A stretch of DNA of 64,000 nucleotides from Hormiphora californensis (taxonomy: Eukaryota; Animalia; Ctenophora). The notes under the pieces were generated by a model. The model had not been told where the DNA came from and ran no database searches. It worked only from the letters and a program-made list of their open reading frames with translations. Shown in pieces: positions 40,214 to 64,000 of this stretch (position 1 is its first letter; the number at the start of each line of letters is the position of its first letter). The DNA lies in contig CM035350.1 of NCBI GenBank assembly GCA_020137815.1, forward strand, positions 2,108,001 to 2,172,000, in the 5' to 3' direction. Made by a program: the position numbers and the translations under genes.

Positions 40214-42550
40214 TAAGAGTAAGAGAGAGAGTGACAGAGAGTGACTAATTACACTCAACACACACGCGTATAAACACACACTACTACTGCTGTCGCTACC
40301 TGTGTCTGCCCTGAATCTTCATCCAAAAGTATTCTCGTTGGTTCCGTCTTTTCAGCGTGAGAGGATGCCAGTTTACGGGCTGAAATAGGGAATTGTATTT
40401 TAACACAGTCGTTTAATAAATCGAAATATATGGGATGTGACAGGGAGTTGTGCCGCAATGTATGCTACATTAGGTCCAGTTTATTTCCACTATTATTTGA
40501 CTGTTGATACAGAATGTCTCTACAGTCTAAACTACCCTACTTGACATGCTAGCTGGAGTGTGCAATGTATAGACATGTTAATTATCATACTATTATTAAA
40601 GCAAATAGGGAAATGATGGGTGATGGTTTTTTTACCAAATATGGCACAAAATTCCTGGAAATGGTCATTTGCACGTGTTGTCCCTAGAAGGACCCTGGCA
40701 ACCTGCCAGCTTGAGCCTTAAACTGCACGTGCATCCTTGATTCATCTCTCTGCCGGTTGCGTGATTGATCGTTTGCTCGATTTAATCTGTTCACCCCCTG
40801 TTCACCACGTTTCGTGAACATGACTACTCAATTTCAACACAATCGCCAGCGAGTTTGGAGGAGCCATATGTCCCAAACTGGCGCTGACGCCTATAGACTA
40901 CGTGATAGAATCCTACAAAAGAGGTGATTATTATTCAAAAAATGTTGTCAACACACGTAATAACAAAGTATCAATGGCACTAATAAGAAATACGTGAAAG
41001 TATTTTGCAAATGTGCTCCTTCATAAAATACTTCAGGACCTGGCAAAAGAGGACCCGTGGTTTTTCTGTCGAAAGAATCGCTGTGGTTAATTTACCTGAT
41101 AAATTTACTGATTTTAAAAATTTCAAATGATACTACACTATTTGCTTAGTTTACTGTATGACCATTGACCATCCCCGACATTCGCCCGTAGGGCGAGCGG
41201 GCTTACTAGTCTTTTAAATAACAACTATTTGTTAACCTACCGACAGCTACGAAGGTCTCCTCGATATTTGCACCCGATTTAGCAGAGGTTTCAAAGAATA
41301 ACAGATCAGAGTCCTCTGCGTAACTGGACGCTTCCTGGAAGCAGCAGCTGTTATTAGAACTCCCAGGAGAGTTCTTGAAACATGATACACACGCACATAC
41401 ACTTGATAACAGGGGGGGGGGGGAGGAATTGAGCAAGGAAGGCTCATGAGTTGTCACTGTTATAATTAGCTTCTCATTTCATTTGTGTACCCAAAAAGCG
41501 AAACACGAAAGTCGAACGTAGCCCACCTTCTACATAATGTCTATAAATTACACTGCCTCTCCTACTCCAGACACAGTTATACAAAGTACATACCAGTTTA
41601 GGTACAGTTGAGTGAGTGTCTGCCATGTCTGACTTGTTACCTGCCAACACAATGGCAATATCAGAACCTGCCTGCTGACGTAACTCTGTTATCCAGTTCT
41701 TCGCATGTTCATAGGTCTCCTGAAAGAGTTACAAGAATCACAAACTATTATCTGGAGAAAATGTTCATTTGTAACACTAGTTCGATTTAGAAGTTTGTAT
41801 CCTGGTAGAGTGCTCGATCCGGGGATGCGGAGAGCTGAACTATTGTGACAAGTGAAACCTTGTTTCACTTGTCACAATAGTTCATTTGTAACACAACACC
41901 TAACGATTATAGGAGAGAGTTTTGATTTGTAAACACCCAGCATATATTACGTACTGTTCGGGTTAGATCATAAACAACAACTGCAGCACTTGCACCCCTG
42001 TAGTAGATGGGTGCGAGACTGTGATATCTCTCCTGTCCCGCTGTATCCCATATGTCCAACTTGACCTTTCGGTTTTCATCCAAACATAATGTCTGGCTGA
42101 AGAATGATGCTGAAACGGGGGAGGAATGTTGAAAGTTAATACAAATTACACATGTAGAAATATTCGCACACATTTATGGACACTGTTCAGTTCATGTTCA
42201 TGTTATTACGTACCTCCAATAGTAGGAGAACTGTGGTCGTTAAACTGCCTCCTCACAAACCGCTGTGCAATACACGATTTACCAACCCCTTCGTCTCCTG
42301 GGGGTGAGTTAAATAATTAGCCACATAGTAGACTCCTTGTTATGTTCTAACCCTCCTTTACATTTGTAAAGCGTTTCGCGAGGCGCACGAAACAGAGTCT
42401 TGCTAGGCAAGTAGACTCCTAAGAAGTACGAACTAAAAAGATAGAGGGTCTGAATGTATCAGGAGATATATGTTACAGTAACATACCGAGTAGGACGAGT
42501 TTAAAATGAAACGGGTTCCGTGCTGCTTGAGGTGGTCTCCTGTTTGCCAT
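40011..42550 (-). CDS. Rab5/Rab22-group small GTPase
   Basis: Spliced translation gives [51 protein letters not shown] and FETSAK. The last exon (40073-40011, RGCC...) is less certain. Confidence 0.9.
40584..41210 (-). mobile_element. Helitron/Helentron-like element in a Rab intron
   Basis: Same termini as 32243-32847; the 3' end reads gctttaataatagtatgat. Confidence 0.65.
41836..41884. repeat. Perfect 23-bp-arm palindrome in a Rab intron
   Basis: tgaactattgtgacaagtgaaac-ctt-gtttcacttgtcacaatagttca. The surrounding 100 bp is flanked by the direct repeat gttcatttgtaacac (41763-41777 and 41880-41894). Confidence 0.85.
42327..42420. repeat. Short dispersed repeat family member
   Basis: The core atgttctaaccctcctt...tacatttgtaaa also occurs at 14200-14360 (tandemly) and inverted at 9836-9890. 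The other end matches 30754-30793. Confidence 0.65.
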
Positions 42551-43396
42551 TCACTGTTCACTTCATAACTATAAAACATAGTTAGTATTGTTGGTTGGTT
42601 GGTTGGTTGGTGCTTTATGAAGCCTTTGTCAGAGGCTCCCTGTTGGCCATGAGATGCTTTGGGATTTGCCGCCGCTGGGGGTTTAATAGTGCACGAGTGA
42701 CTTTGGGGGCGTTTCGATGTGCTTGAGGTAAGTTTGGTGATGACCGGGGGCACTCAATGAAAGGTGAAGAAAGGGAGGGGTGGCCCCGGTTAGATTCAAC
42801 GGTTAGTATTGTGCCTCACTGTCGAGGAGGGTGTGCAGCTGGGGGCTGCAGCAGTTCTCTCGTTTAGCAGAGTTGATTCAGACATTCTAAACAAGTAGTT
42901 TCGGATATGAATGTTTCGGCAATGGGTGCCCTCATGACTCATCATTGCTGTGAAGTGTTTTGTAGCAATAACTTCTATTTTCGGAAGGCAGCATTCATCT
43001 CAAAAGGTCGATTGTCGAACAGGTCACGACCTGATCTTTTTCAATGTTCGTCGCCATTAGCAATACAAAATGGACAGTCTACAAGTTACAAAGTTACAAC
43101 AAAGCCATCGCGAACAGGGCCCAGGGACTCCAAGCGGAAAATTTTTGACGTTTTAATCGTTTTTGAATTTCAAAAACGCCAACGCAATTTTACAACCCGA
43201 GCTGAGAAAGCACGCTTAACTTTGAAAACGACAGCTTACGCTGCATTTGAATACGTTAACTGTAACGCGCGAAAGAATTTCGGATAAGTAGCGCCGCGCG
43301 CGATAGGCCCTGCAGCTGCCTGTTTAAAAATCCTGCTTTAAAAACTTTTTTTTTGCTTGGATTTTCAAATTTAAAAACTCTGAAGCTCTTAAGAAG

Positions 43397-44203
43397 TTGC
43401 TGACCAGGATATCATGCCCGAAACTAGTGAGATGTCTTGACCTTGCAGGAGAATCTGGTGCATCAGGATGGCTTACGACCAGGCCTTACCCCCATTTGGG
43501 CTTTGAGCTTAACCAATTAGAATTTGTTGACTCAATAGCTCTACGGTATGGATTTGAAGCGAAAGATCTAGGCTCAACATGTGCCTGTGGTAAGCCTAAC
43601 GATACCGATCACACCTTGTCATGTGCTAAGGGCGGTTATACAATTCTCAGACACGATAATATCAGAGACCTTATGGCTGAGATTTGTTCATATGCCGGCC
43701 TCAAAGCTGTTGAAACTGAAAAGCTTCTGCAACCATGTCCAGACGGTATCCAGTTTCACCCATCGGCAAACACTGCTCCTGACGCACGAATGGATGTGGT
43801 CGCACTAGACCTGTGGCGTAAATCGCAACTTGCCCACATGGATGTGAGAGTCTTTCATGCCAATGCGCCGTCTCATATCAACACGCCCATTGATCAACTC
43901 TACCGAAGGAATGAGTCAAGCAAAAAGCAATCTTACGGTAAACGGGTTCGAGAAGTTGAAGGAGGGACATTTTCTCCATTGGTCATGAACACAGCGGGTG
44001 GGATAGCTAATGAGTTTCACAAAGTCTTGAAGACACTCTCATCCCGAATCTCAACAAGGACAGGAGAACCATACGCTGAAGTGATGGCTCACCTCAGAAC
44101 GAGGTTACGGTTCTCACTACTGAGGACATGCCTCATAGCCTTGAGCGGAAATCGGAGGAAGATCGCCATCGCCAACCTAGCTTGCACTGAGCTTGTTACG
44201 TGA
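43397..44203 (+). mobile_element. 5'-truncated CRE-type non-LTR retrotransposon (zinc knuckle plus restriction-like endonuclease)
   Basis: CACG...DHTLSCAKGG...RHDNIRD, ARMDV, MDVRV, KKQSY and FSPLVMNTAGG. Confidence 0.85.
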
Positions 44204-44595
44204 AGTGAATAAGAAGAGGATAAGAAGAATTATCAAGACCATGAATTAATTTATTATATGTCTTTTTCTGTCTCGCCCGCTTTTTACCACGGTGATGATT
44301 CTGGACGTTTTTTAAAGTTTTTAAAATTTAAAAACTTTAAAACTGATAAAATTGCATAAAAATACGCTTAAGCTATCATATCTCCATGTAAAATCTCAAG
44401 AACATACATTAGTTCCACACAATAACATTTGTGCACGCTCGTGTGAGGCTGTATCGAACATTTTTGCGAATTTTGATTTCTTGAACGGGGGCCGGGGCGC
44501 TGAAATCTGTATTGCAGGCTGCAGCTACAGAAACATATATTAGTTATTACTACTGTAACTACAACCTAACACCGAAAGCATTTAGACAGTTGAAA

Positions 44596-45213
44596 ATGGA
44601 CTTGGGGAGTACAGTTGTGGCGTGTGTTGGAGCGGGAGTTGTCCCGACGCTCCTCCCATATCTACCCGAGGATTTGACGAAGTTTCTAAATGTAGGATCA
44701 ATCGGCATCTCCTTCGGGACACACATCTGGGTGGGCTCTGTAGCGGGGCTAACGATGTTTAGAACCCTCAAACGAAGAACCTTTGGTAATGTCCAGTCCA
44801 AGCTGTTTCCCAAATATGCAACAATGAACACGGCCTGCTCATTTGTAGCCCTGGCAACCTTCCTTCATCTGAGGAAACTGAGTCCTACTGATGCCATGTC
44901 AGTGCTTGGAAGTACCCTCGAGGGAGGGGCATTGATAGCATGCCTCGCCTCTAACCTCCTCAACTCTATCTACTTCATCCCAGCCACCACTAACCTGATG
45001 TTCCTCTTGCACAAGCGGGAGAGAGAACTGGGCCTGGAGGACCAGGTTGGTTCTACTAGCCCTTTGAAGAGTGATCCTAATGCTACTGAAGAGGACAAGA
45101 AGACTCTGATGAAGTTTGGTATTCACCATGGTATATCCATGATGATGTCTTTAGTTTCTGTCCTTGGCTGTGGAGCTTACCTTTACTACATTGGAAAAAG
45201 TGTTTCCTTCTGA
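44596..45213 (+). CDS. TMEM205: TMEM205 (DUF4149) membrane protein, intronless
   Basis: FGTHIWVGSVAGLTMFRTLKRRTFGNVQSKLFPKY, N..YFIPATT and KFGIHHGIS. Confidence 0.88.
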   Translation: MDLGSTVVACVGAGVVPTLLPYLPEDLTKFLNVGSIGISFGTHIWVGSVAGLTMFRTLKRRTFGNVQSKLFPKYATMNTACSFVALATFLHLRKLSPTDAMSVLGSTLEGGALIACLASNLLNSIYFIPATTNLMFLLHKRERELGLEDQVGSTSPLKSDPNATEEDKKTLMKFGIHHGISMMMSLVSVLGCGAYLYYIGKSVSF

Positions 45214-45430
45214 GCAACCCTGAGGTGAAGTTGATGACACTAAAGAACTAAAGTATATTACGAGTTTTATAATTTATAGTCTTGAGAGTTGAGACATTGT
45301 TTTTTTTTCTGGTGTGGCCCTCTATTATGTATGTTTCATTTTGATTTAGATTTTTCTGTTCTACATGTTTAGTTTCATTATCCCGATATAAAACTCTAAC
45401 TCAATCTTCCCTCTGACTTTAGTCTAGTTA

Positions 45431-53548
<8,118 letters not shown>

Positions 53549-54350
53549 ATCTCGAATACAAACTCCAAACCCCGATACTATATTTCAGGGTTTTTGGTTT
53601 TTAAATTGGAACTAAGTCCCTGGGGAAGCCTAACCTTGTTTTATAACCGATCAGTCATTGTTTTTTGTTTGAATAGCATCTGTAGAATTGACCAAATTTA
53701 TTTCACTAAATATTTGTTTACCCGAATTGATTTCCCAAGAACTTACCCAGGGGGGGGGGGGCTGTTGATACTTTTGTTGCCTGTTTCAGGAGTTTTCAGT
53801 ACGTGGATCAGTGATCACCCAAGAGAAAGAGAGCACAATAGCATATCCTACTTCCGATATGTCCCACACCAGCTATTTCCGGTCCTGGATGCTGAACTAT
53901 CTTCCTTCTATCTTTGGTAACTAATCGTTGTACAATAGATAGGGAGAGTCGGAGCTGAGAAAGAGTTCATTAGGTGTCACGTGCATAATACGTGCGAGGG
54001 AGAGAGAGAGAGAAAGTTTGTACTTGCGTTATACTAACACTCTCCCCCTTTGCTTTACGATCGATTGAGCCTACTGTCTACAAGAGAGAACAAGAGTGGA
54101 ATAGAGAGGGAGAGAGACAGTGAGAGAGAAAAGAGAGTAAGTATAGAGGGCGTGAGGAGAGAAGAGTGAGAGTAATGGGAGTAATGGATGATGTGAGCAA
54201 GGTGATTATAGTGCGTGAGAGAGAGACTCTGTAAAAAGGGGGATGACAGGGTCGTGAGAGAGAAGGGAGAGAGACATGGTCACAAGAAAGTTATAGTAGA
54301 GAGAGGGGAGTTTCTAGTAATGAGTTTGTACCTTTGTTTGACTGTGCAAT

Positions 54351-59508
<5,158 letters not shown>

Positions 59509-60413
59509 CAATGATCGGATCAGTGATCCATTAAAACTGTGTTTGTCTGTTTGTACTGCTAATCAATTAAATGGGACTTGACACTGTCATGTGTTTCTCC
59601 GGCCATTGCCTATCTTTCAGTCACCGTGTAACTGTTATTAAAACTGGTACTGTCATTCAATTGCCAATTATCGCTGGGTCACCCAGTGGGTGGAACTGGA
59701 CGACTTTTTAACTTTTGGACATGGAATTTTTTCAGTTTTCAATCTTTGATTTCATCTACGTTTTAAATTTCACATAAAAGACTGTTTAATTTGTTATGGT
59801 TGGGTCTCTCGGCAGTGCAAGGTTGGTTTTCGTAAATTGGTAGTAGGGGGAATAACAAAAACCAATAATAAATAGAGCATGGTTGTAACGCGCGAGTATT
59901 TTAACATTAAACAAAAGCATTTTGACGCGCATTGTGCGCCGCGCGTTTGTATTTTTATTTTGACGATTCAAGAGCTTCCGAAATTTCCAAAATTTTTCAA
60001 ATTTTAAAAAGATTTTTGATTTCCGGTTGCCTCGCGCACGTGGTAATGTTGTCAGTTGTACACCAACATCCGATGCCGGATGCATTATTGTGTACACGGA
60101 ATGTATTTTCCACCCTATGCTTTAAACGAACAGGTGCTTCTAATCACACACCATCTGTGAAGACACTGGAGGGCGGAGGCCCAGGTCTCGTGCGGCTGGA
60201 GGCTGCACACTGCACAGTGCACACCGCTCCGGGTTATAAGACAGTCACACGGGACATTTGTGTACCCGGCAATGTAGGCCGAAAATTCTCCTTTGCCACT
60301 CAGAAAGATAATTAAAAGATGCATGATGCTCAAACCAAATTAGGGCGTCAGAAAACAGTCCTGACAAGTGTAGACAAAAAGTATATTTGCAGGATGTATT
60401 AGAAACTATTACA

Positions 60414-61367
60414 ATGGCCATTCTCGGCATCTTTTTCTGGTTATTTTTCTTTGGTGGCGTCTCTAGCCAGTGCTCATGCGATTATGATGGATCTATCGGG
60501 GCAGCCCTGATTTGCACGGAGGTAAGACAACCCCGTGCCAACTGGTAACACATTCCTCTAATATGTGACCTGTTTCAGAGCGGTGCTTGTGATTGTAAGC
60601 CAAGTGTAGAGGACAACTCAGGGAGCTGTGATAGCTGTTACCCTGAGTTTTGGGGAATTGAAAAAGGAAACGTGTTCGGATGCTCAAGTAAGCTGGACGA
60701 TGAATTATTTATTTATTTAACAGATCAATGGTACCGACAATTAATATCCTACCTAATCTTCAGGGTGCTCATGTGATCTCGGAGGATCTATCTCGGCCCA
60801 GTGTGATCCCCAGACGGGTGCCTGTCAGTGTAAGGAGGGAGTCTTTGGACGTGATTGTGATCATCCAGCCATTGGTTACTATGTACCCACCCTCTACCAC
60901 ACTCGAACCGACCTCTCCGAGGCACCAGAGCCTGATTTCGAGCCCACCGCCACCATTGGAGCAGTCCTTGAACCTAGTGAGATGAGTGACATGCCCGAGA
61001 GGCTTCATTTCCTGCTCAGAGAGTACCCTGTACCCGTGGAACTGGGAGATGAGTCCAAGTTTAGATTCTCTAGGAACTTCATTGCTTCAAAACCGATACA
61101 ATCCCAGGAAGGGCACTTCTTGGTTAAACGAGAGGTAAGAATTGAATGAAGAGTCGTCCATTCTGGCATTACCGCTCTCAATCATCCTTGTTATTCCCCA
61201 GACTCAGCGATTATACGAGAGTGTGATTGATTTCCCTCGTCCTGGTGTGTACTTTCTAGTTCTGAACTATACCTCGACCCAACGGACTGGTATTCAAGTG
61301 ACCCTTGGTGATAAAACTATTCCAGTTCTCCTACCTGCTGGCTCCGATTGTCTTCTCATTCTAGCTG
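60414..61367 (+). CDS. Secreted laminin-EGF protein (signal peptide, 2 LE repeats, globular region); 3' end unresolved
   Basis: Four in-frame exons: MAILGIFFWLFFFGGVSSQCSCDYDGS...CDCKPSVEDNSGSCDSCYPEFWG...GCSRCSCDLGGSISAQCDPQTGACQCKEGVFGRDCDHPAIGYYVPTL... Confidence 0.75.
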
Positions 61368-61637
61368 GTAAGAGTTAGCTCAACCTGTTCACAATTGAAC
61401 AACACGTTTTTTCTGAAAAGATATTTGTGAGTCTTGACCTCTAAAGTAGACCTCCTCTCTCACCCTCTCTCTATCTCGATCCCTTTCTGACACAGTCCAT
61501 TGTGGTGGGGGTGTCCCCATTGTTTGAGTGCTAAAAACGTGCTAAATGGATTAGCAAAACTATCTGACTGCGAATCTAATCCTCTCGGAGTTCGTTTAAA
61601 CTCTCCACCATCTGTCACAAAGTTTAATTCTGCAACT

Positions 61638-62642
61638 ATGATTTCCCTTCTCGTTCTCCTTGGCGTGGCAGCCACCACTGCTTCAGCTGATGACTACAAA
61701 TGTACCACCGTCAATGGTATAGAGGGTGCCTGTGACCTCATGTTCTACCAACAGACCTATGCTGGATCCCGACTGTCCGGGTGTGGTGCCTATGGAAGTA
61801 TGTACTTCTGGAGTGGAATCAGTGCCACAGCCTGCACCTACGCCACCCAGGACAAGACCATCACCCAGCAGCTGGAAATGGGGATCAGGTTCTTTGATTT
61901 TGATGTGGGTTACATCCACCCTAGTGAGGAGTCACTACCCTATTGGGAGGCAGGACCTGTTCTTGTTAGTGTGGGTAGCACCGCTACTGCTTATTCTCGA
62001 TCCCTGAAGAAGGCCCTGAAGGAGATCAAGACCTACATGGACGCCAACAGGGACTCTGTAGTGTCCATGAGGATCAAGAGATACTACCCAAATACCAGGG
62101 AGATCAGAGATCACCTGATTAGAACTCTACAACCCACATTTGACAGCGTCTTTGGGGAGGATGGAGTCCAGCCCACCTTCTACTTCACACTGAAACCCCT
62201 GAGCTACATGGTAGAGAGCAATGAGAGGATGGTCATCTATCTCGCCCACGACTTCTGGGGTAGACTCGAGACCGACTTCAGGACCGCTGCTTGGACCAAT
62301 GTGTTTGAGACCCCTGAGGGTGTGTACGGGTACAGCAACTGCCACAACCCTAACCAGCTTTCTGAGGACATTGTGCACATGGATGGAATCAACAAGAGGC
62401 AGATCCCTCTGTGCGTCAACTGGTGGGTAACCTCTGGTCAGTGTATGAGCTCTAGTGGTCCAGTGTGTACCGATACTGCCGCTAATGATCTGAAGATTGT
62501 AGCTCAGAAGGTCCTGGATGGAACCCACCTACACCGGGGGGTTAACTTTGTGCTGGCTGATTATGTCAGTGATAAGTATGTGGGAGTGGTCCAGGAGATC
62601 AACAGGAAGGCCGTGGCATACTACAAGAACCGGCCCTGGTAA
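61638..62642 (+). CDS. Secreted PI-PLC X-domain-like protein, intronless
   Basis: Signal peptide MISLLVLLGVAATTASA, TQDKTITQQLEMGIRFFDFDV, and C-terminal VNFVLADYV...VVQEINR. Confidence 0.85.
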   Translation: MISLLVLLGVAATTASADDYKCTTVNGIEGACDLMFYQQTYAGSRLSGCGAYGSMYFWSGISATACTYATQDKTITQQLEMGIRFFDFDVGYIHPSEESLPYWEAGPVLVSVGSTATAYSRSLKKALKEIKTYMDANRDSVVSMRIKRYYPNTREIRDHLIRTLQPTFDSVFGEDGVQPTFYFTLKPLSYMVESNERMVIYLAHDFWGRLETDFRTAAWTNVFETPEGVYGYSNCHNPNQLSEDIVHMDGINKRQIPLCVNWWVTSGQCMSSSGPVCTDTAANDLKIVAQKVLDGTHLHRGVNFVLADYVSDKYVGVVQEINRKAVAYYKNRPW

Positions 62643-63118
62643 AATGATATTCTTGAAATTACTGCAATTGGACCGACCTTGATAAGCAAGATATATGAGG
62701 GGTTTACCGTCCACATTCCTGTAATTTTAAAGAAACAAAGAAAATAAACGTGGTTTTTATTCGTAAAATCTGCACAACACATCCCTCTCTGAATTCATGT
62801 CAGTGTCTGAAACAATAACAGTCACATTAATATAGCACTGAAATGAATAGGATATAAATAAAATGTAGTTTTTCCCTCTCTTTTCTCTCTGTCTATCATA
62901 ATTAATTCAACTTTAAACAGCTGTACATAATAATAAGGGGTTTCCCGGGGGGAAACGCGGAAAACAATTTATAATTTATTAATTTTTGGGGGCGGGGTTA
63001 GATTTGATAAATAAAAGAAGAGTCACTTGGGCAGCACTGGATAGTCTCTGACAGTTTGCATGTTTGGTTGGAGGGGTTACCATGGTAACCAAGTGTAGTT
63101 ACCATAGTAACTGGATGT

Positions 63119-63489
63119 TCACAGCTCTACTGACTCAAATGTGTCGTCCGGAAGAACGTAGTCTGTCACACCGTCTTCTCCGCGTACAGCGTAGTATTCG
63201 GGGTTTATCTGAATTCAAGGGGTGTTGTTAGTTTGGGGAGAAGGGTAGTTAGTGGAACACAAACTCGGAGTTTATAGGCAAGGGTAAAAACAGGAAATCA
63301 CAGGAGTTTTAATTACCTTCCATCTCAGGTTTTGTCCCTCGGATCGTCGTTTGAAGAGCTTTCCTATTCCTGATTGTTTACCTCCTTTTCCTTTCTTATC
63401 TAATCCTGCTCCTCCTCCTTTCTGCAAACACAAGGAGGGGAATTAGAGCCGTGTTGGACACACAAACAAACTCATAACCCTAGGTTCTC

Positions 63490-63529
<40 letters not shown>

Positions 63530-64000
63530 CCATGTATCTCTCTCTTTCAGACTGAAATTGCAGGAGGGCTGTCCTTATCAAACAAATCCAGACATGAAAT
63601 GCACCCTTGAAAACTGCATACGGGACCAATGGAATGGAATTGGAAAGTAGAACTAATTAGCTCTCACTAATTAATTATAATTAACTCTCACCTCGCTGCC
63701 CCGATCTGATCCCGGCTGAGTTGAGGGAACTTGGACGGAGTGTCTGCCTAGTGGGGCCTCATACCGCTCACTCTTCGCATTATAGATCCTCACCCTACTA
63801 ACAGCAGGGGGTGGGGGAGGGGCTGTTCCTCTCACACTTGTCTGGGGCAAGTTATCCGCTGTTTTCCTACTCATCATACCCCGGAGTAGCTTGCTATTGA
63901 GACAACTGTTCTGCTTGCTCTTATTTCCCCAGCCTGACAATCGAAACAGTCCGCTGGGCTTCTTTCCCTTGAGAAGAGGTGTGACAGAGGCAACGCTGTC
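63119..64000 (-). CDS. 3' end (three exons) of an unidentified gene with Pro-rich and Tyr motifs
   Basis: In-frame exons at about 64000-63692, 63422-63318 and 63208-63119, ending INPEYYAVRGEDGVTDYVLPDDTFESVEL*. Confidence 0.65.

Noticed and set aside
42327-42420. Hammerhead ribozyme or retrozyme in the short repeat family
   Set aside because: GAAA is present but I found no CUGANGA core on either strand.
43115-44502. hAT-like element enclosing the CRE fragment
   Set aside because: CAG...CTG ends are only weakly complementary and there is no 8-bp target duplication.
61500-61637. N-terminal extension of the PLC-like ORF, or in-frame fusion to the laminin-like gene
   Set aside because: The signal peptide starts at ATG 61638, and splicing 61367 to 61496 is out of frame with the PLC ORF.
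63551-63645. Possible + strand exon (LKLQEGCPYQTNPDMKCTLENCIRDQWNGIG) inside an intron of the minus-strand gene
   Set aside because: It has a good acceptor but a weak donor, and its phase does not fit the laminin-like donor at 61367 (it would give an immediate stop).

Overview
This is animal genomic DNA with short GT-AG introns, many MITEs and (GA)n tracts. The compact, nested gene layout resembles ctenophore genomes, but that taxon call is inference only. From left to right the window holds: a decayed Ty3/Gypsy element; a large multi-exon LGR/GRL101-type class A GPCR (minus) with an F-type-lectin-like domain, an Ig domain apparently split by four kringles, and LDLa repeats but no LRRs; CATIP (minus) with a complete class C GPCR nested antisense in intron 3; a transposon-dense block at 30-38 kb; a small PPxY membrane protein; a Rab5-group GTPase (minus); and a CRE-type retrotransposon end. 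It then runs through five co-oriented genes: TMEM205, a small HERC ligase (with an intronless homeobox gene nested antisense in one intron), a six-EF-hand calbindin-family gene, a short laminin-like gene and a secreted PI-PLC-X-like protein that lacks both catalytic histidines. The 3' end of a minus-strand gene with an NPEY motif closes the window. Single-base indels break several conserved frames and are probably assembly errors. All gene models were spliced by eye, so exon edges are approximate.
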